This document shows positions 13,040-25,884 of a DNA stretch of 64,000 bases, piece by piece; the first letter of the stretch is position 1, and each line of letters begins with the position of its first letter. The stretch spans positions 1 to 64,000 of the forward strand of contig ADNK01002458.1 of assembly GCA_000320545.1 (NCBI GenBank), in the 5' to 3' direction. The notes under the pieces are model-generated. The model had not been told where the DNA came from, ran no database searches, and saw nothing but the letters and a program-made list of their open reading frames with translations. Both the position numbers and the translations under genes were made by a program. The DNA is from Bigelowiella natans CCMP2755. Lineage: Eukaryota > Protista > Cercozoa.

Positions 13040-15200
13040 TCAACGTTCACACTGCGAATGCCATGGACACTGAGGTGAACCTGCAGAAGATTGAAAAGTG
13101 GGTCGCACTTTGGAAATGTGGTTTCACATTTCATCATTGTTCTTGTTCTTGGGTCTTGAATCTTGGATGAGATGCAGCTCGTAGTCCTTTTGTAGTTCTG
13201 CTTTCCCGACCGCTTGAGGCGCATCTAACTTCTTGGTAGTGCTTGTCTGCGTCTTGTTGGAATGTCAAAATGAACACAAATCTTGAATCTTGAATCTTGG
13301 CACCATTGTTCTCACTTGGACACTCCAGCACTGTGAGGAACAGGCTTTTCTCGAAATCAAGAGTCCCTGTGTCCTGGCTCTGCTGCCTGCTCCTCTTTTT
13401 TTGATGCTTCTGATTCCAGCAAAACCAAAGTCCTGCTCACCCGACTGTCTAGCTGTGGATCGGTGCTTGGAAACAATGAAACAATGATGAAAAACTGCAT
13501 TTCCAAAGTGTTGCAAGACACTTGGAAGTGGCCTTCAATCAAGGACTTCCTAGCACGTGCTTTGCGTCGCCGCCACGTTGCTGCTAGTCACACTGCTCCA
13601 TGACAGCCAGTGTGTCGACTTCAAAATCCTGCTAGTTTTCACCAGTCAGTCCTCACTGAAGCAAGTTCTGTGGAGGCACTGCGTTTCGTGCATTGCAAGT
13701 GTCTTGCTGCACTTTGGGAACGTTGTTTTTCATTGTTGTCTTTGTTTTTGTCTTTGTGGTGGTCCTCTCAATTGCACCGCCGTTCAGACCGTGGAAACAC
13801 TTCGTGCAGCAGTCACTCGTTCAAAGACGTGCCAGCGTGCAGAGCTGAATCAATCCGTTCATTCACTCAATCATTCAAACAGCCCTGGCGATGGTTCTTG
13901 TTGGAGAGACTCTCGAGACCACATTGCCTGAACGAATGAACGAACGAGCAAAGGGAAGTGCAGTTTTTCATCATTTGTCTTCATCTTTGAAAGTGCTCAA
14001 TTCAATGTTCAATGTTCAATGTTCCCATTGTGTGGTTCTTGGTGGCGCACGTCTAGACGTGGGAGGAAGTGAACACTTGTCATGTTTCCCTGACGGTCTG
14101 GCGGCACAGTGCTTGCACATGTGCGCGCGTTTGGAGACTGTCACGATGCAAAGTTGAGTGCTCAATGTTCAAAAGGCCATGTGCGTCGCTCTCACTTGCA
14201 TTGCTGCCTGCAGTGTATAAGTGCACGGAGTGCAAAAGAAACTGGCAACTTCGTGAGCGTCGAGGAAAATCAGAGCGTGGCTGTGCACGTGGTCGGTGAT
14301 GTGCATGTGCCTGTGTAGCTGGACGCAGTCTAGCAGTGTGTGCTGATCGATTGCAATTGGCACAGCGCGTGCATGTGCCTCGCGACAATTGAGCATTGCA
14401 TCACTTCATCATTCCGTTGAGGAACGATGTTTGTTCTGCAGCAACGCATTGGACACTCAACAACAACGCAACAAAGCAACGCATCGAGGCGACACGATCG
14501 ATGCACCGTGCGCGGCCCTGCCGGGTGACGCTTCGATTCGCTTTCGCAAGTGGTGTTGTTTGCCCTTCCCGGTCTGCTAGTTCCAGTCGGTGCCCAGAGA
14601 AGCAGGGAAAATTGAGTGTGCGATGCATTCCTAGGTTCATTTGTCGCGCAGCCAGCACCTCTAGATCTGCTGCTTCAGGTGAGCGTGACAACGCATCGAT
14701 CCAGACATTGTGCTGGCTTGCATGCTGATGAACTTTGAATTTCTTTTGTTTCTTTCGGCGTGCATACGTGAGAACACGCAACTCCACGTTCGGAGTGGGA
14801 CCGTTGCCACACAATGCTAGAATGGCAGCTGCTGGCTAGACTGGTTGCATTGCCATTGTTCCCCGCTTGCATCCCTGCTAGCCTGCATTCTAGCATTGCA
14901 GTGAAGCCTGCATGCAATCATCGCAGTCTCGATCAGGCGATGCTGCAGCCAATGCACTACATGACAACCAGCTAGCTGCTTGTGAGAACATCTAGACATG
15001 CATGCACTCCAAATGATCGCCATGGGTAGTCAGTGCGTTCAAATGTCAAGCAAGCGCGTCAGATTTGTTCATTGTATGTACTGCCGCACTCAAGCAGCGA
15101 CGTTTTGCCACCAGTCATTCACAATAGCTAGCTAGCACAGCCCAGCACACGCGACCAATTTTTTCCTTGGATGCATCGCAGCTTGTGCAAAACAGGCCAA
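13040..15200. other. TpA-depleted, CTAG-sparing intergenic zone 2
   Basis: Hand count for 13261-14200 (940 nt): 5 TpA, all in CTAG. For 14401-15000: 11 TpA, 9 in CTAG. CpG, AA, TT and AT remain common. Confidence 0.9.
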
Positions 15201-15334
15201 CATTAGTTACAAATCACACACTGCTGGTCTCATTCCATTAGTTTGTTAGTAACAAATGTGTCACGATGATGTTAATTAGATGCGAGGGTAGCAGCAAATC
15301 TCTGTATTTTCGAACAAATGATTCAGGAGTTCGA

Positions 15335-15944
15335 TTAGTACTCATCAACCAATTCTTTTTCGTCGTAATCTTCTACCCCTTTGTAACTCTGCTCTTTCTG
15401 TGAACTACTTTCTGTTTCGACCACCTCCATCTCAGAATTGTCAGATTCATTCTGGACAGCACCATGATTGCCTTTGTTACTTTCAGTTTCCTCCTTCTTC
15501 TCTCTGTATCCTAAGCTCATATACTTGTCGTAGCTACCGTCAAATAGTGTCTTTGGGAAAGTTTTACGATAGGTCTTTATGAGCATACTTGTGAAACTGC
15601 CGTCATTATGAGCGTCGAATTGATCATCATCATCCTCTCTTAAAAACTTCTTTTGATTTTTGATCTTCAGTGCTTCCGCTACGTTACCCCTTTGGAGGTA
15701 GTACATCAGAAGAATATCCTTTTCATTACGCTCTTCGAGAAACATCTTCAGGTGGTTTTCCTCTTCTGGAGTTAACGCTAACTTGACCAATCCCGCGACA
15801 TCATCCATCTCGCAGAAATGATCGAAGAACACGAAAAACAACCTCCTCGATGTAGCACTTCCATCATTTCCAAGTGAATCCTTTAATTCACATGTATGAA
15901 AATCAGATATTCTAATTAATCATCAGTTAAACACATTTCAATTA

Positions 15945-15987
<43 letters not shown>

Positions 15988-16789
15988 GCAAGGAGATACA
16001 CAATGCACACAACTATTCACTAACATCTTCATCATGGATCTTATACGAAATGATGGTATCTACTTACAAGGAGAACAGTCCTGATATAAACAAGTGCGTC
16101 TATACTTGTCCAATGCTCCAATAAGATTCGAACGCATAATTCATGTTCATGAACTGATACATCATAAGATGATGATAAGGAAGAAACGGATGTATTTCTT
16201 GTCTGTGAAGTAGTTGTTAGGGCCCTAGTCTTGATAGATTCGATGAGCGATCCGACAAACGATGTCGCTATTGCATCCAGGTTCAAGTAACGAATAATCA
16301 CTAGACATTGAAAGGCCTCCGGTAGGAACTTGCCACCCTGCATACCAAGTAGCGCATTTAAATCTTCTGCTCGTTTTTTACTCTCATTATTATCTTCGTC
16401 CACTTCCATCCCACCGTGCTGCAAAAAAAATAACGGAATACACACACAGAAATGGTTACAACAAAGACTATGTAGAAAGAAAACGTACATACACGAACGT
16501 GCGACGATAAAAAACCTCAATAAATTACTGGCAAGAGAGTTTTCAGAATGAAACATTGCTTGCACATATGCATCAAATATACATTTGCATGGATGAATTT
16601 AGGAATCATCGGACAAATGCTGCAACACATTTACTTCTTCGAGACGACGATATCGGCAATGAGAAGAATAATAAGTCTTTGGCGGGATATCCAGTGCGGA
16701 GTCCACAGCATGGAAGCACCTCACTTTCTGCTCATACAACAATTAGTCACGTTGAGAACATCATAAAGGTTGTGTTATGTGCTATGTGC

Positions 16790-16820
<31 letters not shown>

Positions 16821-17189
16821 TACAAGTGGGGATGTATCTATGTACTGATTGTAGTAGTAGTAGTGTTCGATCTCATCTTGTTTCCGTCCTACATACATGC
16901 AGAATGTATGATACAAACTACACATCATCATCCTCCTCATCATCATCATCTCATTTTTCTTCTTTTTCATACATTCTCCAAGCTGGGACTCACGACGAAA
17001 GATCGTACGAAATCGGACGACGAAAGCTGGGCCCTTTTCTCATTTTTTCCATGTTTTCTATCAGATTTCCCCCCTAGCTGCTCTAAGTCCAAGAGGAAGT
17101 AAAGCACTACTGCATACAGCTGATCCAGGCTCTTTCGTACCCAAAGCTGCGATGTATATCACCATATATGTGTATAAATAAAAATATAG

Positions 17190-17229
<40 letters not shown>

Positions 17230-17789
17230 TTATAAAGAATTATTTTTATATATGCATGCATACATTCATTTCCGTCATCATCACCATCGTCATGTTCATA
17301 GATGCAGGATTGAGTAATTTTCAATTTTTAGTCAACACATAATGGAGGAAATCAGAATACCACGTCACAAGACAACACACGCACAAGTTAATAATAAAGT
17401 ACAAATCCTCATACGATGAAGGGCAGTAGTGGTGAAAGAGGAAGAAAGGATGATTCAGAGGTGGATACTCCTACTACTCTACCTGAATGACTTGATCTTC
17501 ATCTTTGGCATTATCATCATCATCATCATCATCATCATCATTTTTGTAGTCTTCTGAACCACAGCCCTCCATGGCGTGCTTTAGTAACGCCAAGACGCTA
17601 TCAGCCCCGTTAAAGGGGTATATAGAAGAGGAAGAAACAAGTGAGGGGAGCAAACGCTCCACTAGTAGCGCCTCTACTTTCTGACAGAAATAATATATTT
17701 GATTTCACAAGAAGGAAGCCAGTAATGAGATCAAGAGATGAGGAATAATTCAACTGTGGGCAGCTTCACAGGTTAGAAATCTTACTATT

Positions 17790-17824
<35 letters not shown>

Positions 17825-18816
17825 CTGGTACTAGTAAGAGAAGGAGGAGGAGGAGGAGGAGGAGGAAAGGAGTAAACAATATCATACCTATAAAAAAATT
17901 CCTTTCCCAATTTCTACTACTATTATCATATTCTGTGCTGATTGTGCTATATGGTACCAGATAAATTGATTTCCTCCTCCTTTTTTCATCCTCTTTCGAA
18001 CCTCTCCCATTTCGCTCTCCATTTCTTTGCAGAAGACTTGTTGTACCACCCCCAGCACCGCTTGTTCTCCCGCTGACTATATTTACTGAATCACGGTCCT
18101 CAAGGATGATTCTCTGTTTCAGATTCATTGAATCCTCCTCATCCTCCTCAGAAAGGTGCTGTCTCTGGCTTGGTATCCCTGTCATTTCGTGAATCCTGCG
18201 CTTGATCGTGCCCACAGTTACTACTCCTCCCCGTCGAGTGGGAAACTGATCATTCTCGTTGTTGTTGTTGTTGATGTTGTTATTGTAAAAAGGGACTATA
18301 AGTAGGCCATTGTTCTCAAACCCCTGTCCTTCAACCAGTATTTTCGCTTCATCGATAAGATTAACTTCCAGAGTTGGTGTTGATTGGGAAGATAATAATG
18401 AGTTGTCACGACTCCGAGTAGCTGCTTTGAGAGCTTTTAGCGCCGCTTCGGTCCTTTTTTTGTAGCGAGTACGTAGATGATCATAGTTGCTACTGCTGCC
18501 ATGATGATGATGAGCTTCATTAAGCCATGAGATCACACGCAGGTACTCATGCAGCACACGGCATTTTGCGGATAATAATGCGTGGGTTTGCCTGTCCTCC
18601 AGATTGAGCTTGTTAACATTGATAGACTCTAAGAACTCGAGCAATAGGCGGGCTTCTGAAACTGATGTCGGTGGAACAGCAGCAGCAGCAGTAGAAGAAA
18701 CATCGCCAGTGTATACCTTTCTCTGAAACAAGTGATACCTGTTCATGGTAAGCAAAGAAAGTAAGGTCATAATGGATCAGTATCATCGTTGAACACCGCA
18801 GCAATCACGGGAGAGT

Positions 18817-18850
<34 letters not shown>

Positions 18851-21223
18851 AGATATTCTCGGTATTGAAAAGGATGATAATAAAAAAAGATGGAGGAGGA
18901 ACGGTGGTCACAAAAATACTCCTCACACAAACAACCTCGTTCACTGTGAAAGAAAGGCTATCATCATCATTATGTAGATTGATGCATTGATTGACCAACC
19001 CGTTGTTGGTGCCTGTAGCTGCGAGAAGTTCTGTATCTGTGAGATATTTCGCAATCACTGCGGGCACTTTGACTTCGCCGAGCTCCTTATCATCAGCAAA
19101 CTTATATGTGGAAGATTTTTTATCTATTTTGATATCTTCTTTATCCTTGACAGTGAGATCTGCGCCCCGCTTACCCACTAAGAAGTCTCCACATGAACCC
19201 ATTATTGCTGCCCCTTTGGCTGGTTTTGTCCAAACCAGTCTTTCCCCATGGAGAACAGGTCTGATGATGATAAAAACCCAGAAAGAGAAAGAGTATTGAA
19301 ATGAAGAAGAGAGATTCTAGATGGTGGTAATCATTGTTTATTCGCGAAAATTTTTATTAGGTGAAATGCTTTGCGTATATTCTTGTCCCGTCATCCCACT
19401 ACTACTTTGTCTACTCTTCATGTCTATTTCCGCGTATTATGATGTGACTACTTACACTTCTGAAACTAAGCTTTCGTCGTGCATCTGAAATATGCAAAAA
19501 ATCGCTTCGCCGCGCTTTGATCTTTTCGTCGGGTTGGTTTTCATTGGAATAATCTTTAAGATTTCGCCCCCATGATGCCCTTGATGGCTAAATGATTTTT
19601 TTTTTGGATCTAGGGCGACGAAGAGAATAGATCCTAGTGTTGAGCCTATCAAAGCATAGTCTCCAGACACTCCTGCCGTATTTAGTTTGAGACATCTGAT
19701 AATGATGATGATGAGAAGGAGAATAAGTAAGGGAGTAATATGATCACAATGGTGATAATGATGGATTTTATTTTAAATTCATGAGGTTATTCAACTTCAC
19801 TCGTTTTTTCTTTTCTTTTCACCACCAAGTTACATCCGCAATCACCATCACATCTCTCCTGTTTCCAATGCTTCTTCTTCAATCTCATATTCATTATCTT
19901 ATTCTTTAGTTTATGTTATGTCTCTTAGTAAAACCTCCGGAGGGTGAATTGGCCCTTTGTTTGGAGATTGAATTGGCCTCCATCTGGGACTTTGTGGAGA
20001 TCATAAGCACCGTGTTTGAATCTTGCGCCCGTGCACCTAGGTGCTCCCCCCAATATTTCTTTAAAGTGGAACTTTTGCAGCAAACCTTCTTGTGTCACTA
20101 GTAGAATTCTCTGTGGTATTGTGAAATTTGGAGGAGAAAGAAAAAAACAGAGAGCGAAGAGAGGATATGGGACTACGTAAGATTTCATTATCCAATCCGC
20201 TAGGTGATGTGTTAGTAGAGGGAGTTTCCTACGTTCAAAAAGCACCACCAACACCCAATATACCTCGTCTAAGGGAGAGAATTGAGACATGGATGTGACG
20301 ATCGAATCACCGCATCGAATAGTTGCCACAGCCCCTTTTTCCTGAGGCCCGGCTAAAGGACACACGTGCAACAACCCTCCCCTTCTTCTTCTTCTGCTTC
20401 TTCCTCCCCCTCCTCCTCCTACTTCTTCTTCATTATACTCTAAAATGCTAGCTTCGCTGCTCTCAGTATAACTACTGCTCACGATGATAAAACGCTTCTC
20501 TAATTTTTCCTTTGAATCTTGCACAATAATTTCGGTCAGACAATGAATCTCTTCCTCCTAATTTTGATAGAATCACCATTCATTTTACAAGATTAGTAAT
20601 GAACCTATGTACTATATTTGAGGGATTTGATCAGTAAAATAACCATCATGAGTTTAGACTTTACTACCGGAAAGGTCCATGTTGACGCTAGGGCTCCGGT
20701 GATGAGGTTGTAGGTTGATACCTCTGAGTCACTCACAAGCCAACCATAGTCCCCCTTAGAGCAGGCTCCCAATATTTTGACTTTCTGTCGTTCCATACCG
20801 CCCCCCTCTAGAGTAATACAATGTTCTTTCTCTTCAAATTTGAGCTCTGCCTCTCGTTTTGCAGGTGGATCTTCTTTTCTGAGGACTCTATCCAGCAAAC
20901 TAGAGAAGTTTTGTTCTCCCTTCTTGAATTCATCCTCGATCGAATTCGACCCACCCGCACTAGATAATACCTCCCGCTCACGCCTATTAAAAAATTAAAT
21001 CATCGGAGTTAATGAAGTACAAAAACTTGTCAAGAAATGCGAACACGTGTCGGCCTCGCACAAACCGATCCACGCACTTTGTGACCGGCCATGTGTGAGG
21101 ACAATTACAGCCTATGCAAGGTAAATACAACTACGTGCATGCATACATATACCTGACGGAGATGACAGATTTCGGGGTTAGGAGATGGAAAGTCGGTGTT
21201 CCCATCCTCGCCCTTTCCGCCAT
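15335..21223 (-). CDS. ELYS/AHCTF1-like nuclear pore assembly protein (beta-propeller plus ELYS helical domain); multi-exon
   Basis: N-terminal GACSKGDYGWLVSDSEVSTYNLITGALASTWTF resembles the first ELYS propeller blade. C-terminal LVKLALTPEEENHLKMFLE..DILLMYYLQRGNVAEALKI resembles the ELYS domain end (LPL.xEEE..L..LQR....AL). Candidate ATG at 21223, stop at 15335. Confidence 0.75.
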
Positions 21224-21790
21224 TCTTCGTAGATGCGCTGGAGCTGTTCTGTTAGCTTTGTTGGTTTTCAGACTTAGAATACATTGCTAAATGATATAAA
21301 TATCGTGAACACACAATATCTGTCTTCTTCTATTTCATTCATATTCATGTCGTAGAGTATAATTAGACCCTCATGTCCATTTATTTTCCACTTGGAATCT
21401 GAATCCTTTGGCTTTCTCCCGCCAAATACTGAGCTGCGCTTATGATCCATATTACATCCATAAAACATCCTATCACCATGTAATACTGTTATGCTTTTGG
21501 ATTTGTTTATTTACGTTCCTTACGATAAGATCATCATATCTTATTTACTATCGATGAAATATTTAATTTTTATTATCAGAATGTAAGAGGAAGCACAATC
21601 GTGCTCGTTACTGTTGTTGCTGGTGTATCGCAGCTCTGTACTCAAGACACTTTTTGCTCGGATAAATATTCAAACTTTTCAACATTCTAACTTCGAAGAA
21701 GAATTCCTTTGTCGCATAAAGTAAATTCCCATGTATTTGTAGCGCGTCGATTACAAACCATAGAAGACACGTGCTCTGAGGAGGACGCGA
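21224..21790. promoter_or_regulatory. Probable bidirectional promoter between the ELYS-like gene (-) and the SOUL gene (+)
   Basis: 567-bp AT-rich gap between divergent start codons. No specific motif identified. Confidence 0.5.
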
Positions 21791-22906
21791 ATGATGCTGA
21801 GTGGCCGTCTTCGCTACCCCCTCCTCTCCACCCTTTTATTTGCATTATCCTTCCCCGTCTCCGTCCAATCTGGACGATTGAAGAATGTGCGACAACCTCT
21901 GCGAAGTATGATTAGTTTGCGAAGGGCCGGAAGAGGTGCCCGAAGAGCCATCAAAATACATTCCGCGACGTCTCCTCAACTGTCCATGCAGCCTCCAGCC
22001 TCTAAAACGAAGGAGGAGGATCCAGAGATTGAAAGACTCAAGGAGACGATTCTTACTGAAGCGAAATCCTTCTTCGATCCCATGGATCAGTAAGAAGAAG
22101 AAAAAAAATAGGAAGAAAAAGAAGAAGAAAGGGAATTATATTGTTCAAAGATATCCAGAAATTTTAAGGAGTGCAAGGGAAGAGATGAGGATGAGGATGA
22201 TGATAATGATGATAATGAAGAAGAAGATGATGATAATGGTAGCGAATGACAAACATGTTGTTTTTGTCGGTACAACCACTAGATCAATCTACGTCCCAGA
22301 TGTAGAGTTCAATGATCCTCTCAACTCCTTCAAAGGCATTGATAAGTATAAGGTATAGATGTGTCATCTCTACGGCATGGTATGCATATCACGAAACTAC
22401 TGAATGATACTATTGAGCAGCTGCAAATCAATTTTCACTGGCGATAATTTCCAGAATTACCACAAATATTCTGTCTGCGTGACTATGTAATAATTCAGGA
22501 TAACGTAGACATGCTGGGAGGAAGGACGTTGCTTGGGATGTTTGCTTTCGACCAGACCAACCTTAAAATACACGACATCAAACAAGAATCAGATCGCACT
22601 TTGGTCACAAGATGGACGATGGAATTTAGGGTGGGTGGGAGCTCCTTTAGATTGATATTATTAAGCGTTAGTGCCATATTAATTAAAGGCTCATATCATC
22701 AACATATCATTAACGTGATCGGAATTCCATCATCTCACAATGTGACCATTATTATCATCATCATCACCATCATCATCATCATTATGATCTATACCCTGAC
22801 TACCAATAGTTCAAACTGCTTCCATGGAAACCAACTGTGGTATTCACCGGTATCTCGAAGTACACCCTCAACGACAACTATAAGGTGGGTGGCTTGCTTT
22901 AGAGAA

Positions 22907-22956
<50 letters not shown>

Positions 22957-24557
22957 AGGGGAGGGGGGAGGGCAAATACAGACGATGATGACAATGGTGA
23001 TAAACAAGAATTCTGCTGCTATCAGGTGCTAAAACATGAAGACTACTGGGACTCTGTCAATATAGGCCCTGAGTATGATGATGAAGAAAAAGAAGAAGAA
23101 GAAAAAGAAGAAGAAGAATTACATGTATTACTACCTGAGACCATGAGAGACGGTATGTAATGATCATCACGACAATCATCACCATCACACGAAGTACTAC
23201 TTCACAGTGGGACGTACGTCAAGATGCCGCTAGTTCAAGGGCTAAAAGACTTCGTTGCACAATTATTCTCAAAGTAGTACTTATGTACATATGTATATGT
23301 ATGTATGTATGTATGTATGTTGAAGGCTCTTATAAGAAGATAGTAGTGAATGAACGACTTGATTTCGCTTACTTCTTAAGCACTTCTCGTTTGTGTATGT
23401 GTATTTATCTATTTGTAAAACATCATATTATATAATTGGACTTTCATTATATCAAGTTTCGTTGATGTTGTGGACGAATGCTCTTAAGAAGCCGCACAAT
23501 TTGTTTTTTCACCATGACATTATTATATCCTACCCGCCCATTAATTTTCCGAATTATAACTCTGAATAACTTGCATAGCCAAGTCGCTCCTGCCTTCTCC
23601 TCCACGTATTCTCCTGTTTCTTCTTCTTCATCATCATCATCATCATCATCGTCTTCTTCGATGGCGGGGGAGATGCCATACACATTGCTGCGGAGGGGAG
23701 AGAATGGGTATCAAGTGCGATCATATCCTGGATACGTAGCAGCTCAAGTCTCTTCCTATTCTAAGCGTTCGGAAGCATGGGAGCAGCTTGGGAATTACGC
23801 TGCCCAAGTAAACATCAGACCTTTTGCCCCTTCCATTATGGAAATTGAACGCCGAGGAGGAGGAGGAGGAGGAGGAGGACAAGGGGGAGAAGAAACATCG
23901 GGTAATAAGTAAGAACGTGTAGCAAACAAAAGGCTGCTATTACCTTATAACACGAGGATCTGGTTGGGAGCTGGGGGAGGAGGGGGAATATGGTTTAGTT
24001 TCATCAGGGGCATCATCATGTGAAATACATGTGAATAGATGGATGATGGGAATATCGGTTATTAAAATCTTCACATGCAATTTATCTTTGATTTATTCAA
24101 TAATGATAGCCTCCTCCTTAACAAAGAAAATGCATTGGCCAATGCACCTTTCAACGTGTGTACTACGTACCTACTGCGTACCGACTATGTACCGATTACT
24201 GCTGCTTACAAAAAAGACTCATCAGATCTCTTTCTTTTTTCTTTCACAGATACACCACTTTGTTTCTACTACCTAGAACTGGTCATCAATCATGTAATCT
24301 ACGTCTCTACTTCCTTTATTTTGTGTGGCACCAGTACCAGTCAGCTCCCTCAAGATGATTATGATGATGATGGGAACTTCGCTGTTGGGTCTTCTTCTTC
24401 TTCTTCTTCTTCTTCTTCTTCTTCTTCTTCTACGCAGCTTGTAGAGATTCCTCCAACAGTTTATGCGGTACTACTACTTGCTATAGCTATACATGCATAC
24501 TGTATGATTGCCCAATTACTCTTCTATTCATGTATTATAAACTAAATAATATATATA

Positions 24558-24603
<46 letters not shown>

Positions 24604-25276
24604 GTGTGCGTGTGTTAATAGTATATACCTGTTTTCTTCTTCTCCTTCCAACAACATAAACATAAAACAACCAATAATAGGTCAAGACATTTTCGGAACC
24701 TCTTACAGAAGACACTGTTGAGGCGATGCATTTGGAATTGATGGCCCAGGTTTAATGCTTGATATTCACGTGTGTGTGTGTGTGTGTGCTACACTTTTCA
24801 TGAGGTCGCAGTAAAAACGGTAACACCAACAGTAGACATATACTGCTTTTGTGTATTGTTGTAGATCTCCCTGACTTTGCTCAATATTGATATTCTCAGC
24901 TAAAGAAGGAGGGATTACGTCCAAAAAGTGATGATGAACCTGGTCTCGCGAAGAGAATATTTGTTCAGGTAGAGAGGAGAAAAAAAAAATAGAACATTAG
25001 AAATACAGTAGTTATAATATTTTGGGGGAAAAATGTTTCCAAGTGCATCTGATCGTTTCCTCTCTTTCCGAGCATTATTGTTCGCCATGTTTTGTTGTTT
25101 TACTGTAAGATCTTAGTCTATCTATGTTAAGTCGGAGTAGCATTAGAATATATTGCTACACAAAGAATATTTAATTATGAAAATTCCTTTGGTAGTTTGA
25201 CGAGCTATACAGTCTCAGAGACCGTAGAAATGAAGTTTGGATTCCTTTGGAAGATCATCTTTGGCCTAACGAATAG
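21791..25276 (+). CDS. Plastid-targeted DUF2358 (SnoaL-like) plus SOUL heme-binding protein; multi-exon
   Basis: Signal-peptide-like MMLSGRLRYPLLSTLLFALSFPVSVQS is followed by an Arg-rich transit-like stretch. DUF2358-type segment: SIYVPDVEFNDPLNSFKGIDKY..TRWTMEFRFKLLPWKPTVVFTGISKY..HEDYWDSVN. SOUL-type segment: PYTLLRR..YQVRSYPGY..AVKTFS..RRNEVWIPL. Confidence 0.88.
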
Positions 25277-25884
25277 ACTGAATAGCGTGTGGCTTAGATA
25301 AAATGAATATACACATGCATGATTATAATATACATACTGCAATAAAGCTATAAAGCGATGCTTTAGATCGGCTTGCTGAATGTATTAGCTGGAAGCAATC
25401 TAATACGTAGTCTAGGTAGTAGGCGAACTGCATGAGCGTATCTCCTATCGCAATTATTTGCACCACTAGTCCGGCAACACGCATGTTATCATTCATAGCC
25501 TAGCGCTAGTAGCGATGGACACGAACATTAACTGAACGTGACCCGTCTTTTAGGCTGCGTGAAGTTTCGGTGTACGCATGCATACGTCAAAGGAAAGCGG
25601 TGGGCGCGTGGAGGCATGTGCATGATATAGCATGCTCCATGTATATAAATGCAAAGAATAAGCTACAGCAGGATATGATGATTGAAAGAACTATTTAATG
25701 ATTCATTACATTCGTCCCATAAGCGACCTACCTTTGCATATTTTTGTTTACTGCGCGGCAGTACATATAATGCTAGAATGTATAGTCTGCATAGCATATG
25801 CGTATGTGGTAGCGGTCATTGACATCAATGTATACTAACGTCTGACATATAGGATGTAATACTACAAAGGTAAAAACATTGAAG

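Larger units (their letters stand above)
10991..13985. repeat. Dispersed ~60-70 bp repeat family with 5 degenerate copies
   Basis: Copies at ~10991-11060 (+), ~13105-13150 (+, partial), ~13471-13525 (-), ~13678-13745 (+) and ~13954-13985 (+, partial). Core: tgtcttgcaacactttggaa(a/g)tg(tg/ca)gtttttcatcattgt. Confidence 0.8.

Noticed and set aside
13033-15023. Many overlapping Cys/His-rich ORFs on both strands
   Set aside because: They are a by-product of TpA loss, which removes TAA/TAG stops and Tyr codons. No recognisable domains.
10830-15200. CpG-methylation decay or fungal RIP as the cause of the TG/CA excess
   Set aside because: CpG remains abundant and TpA is depleted rather than enriched, the opposite of both signatures.
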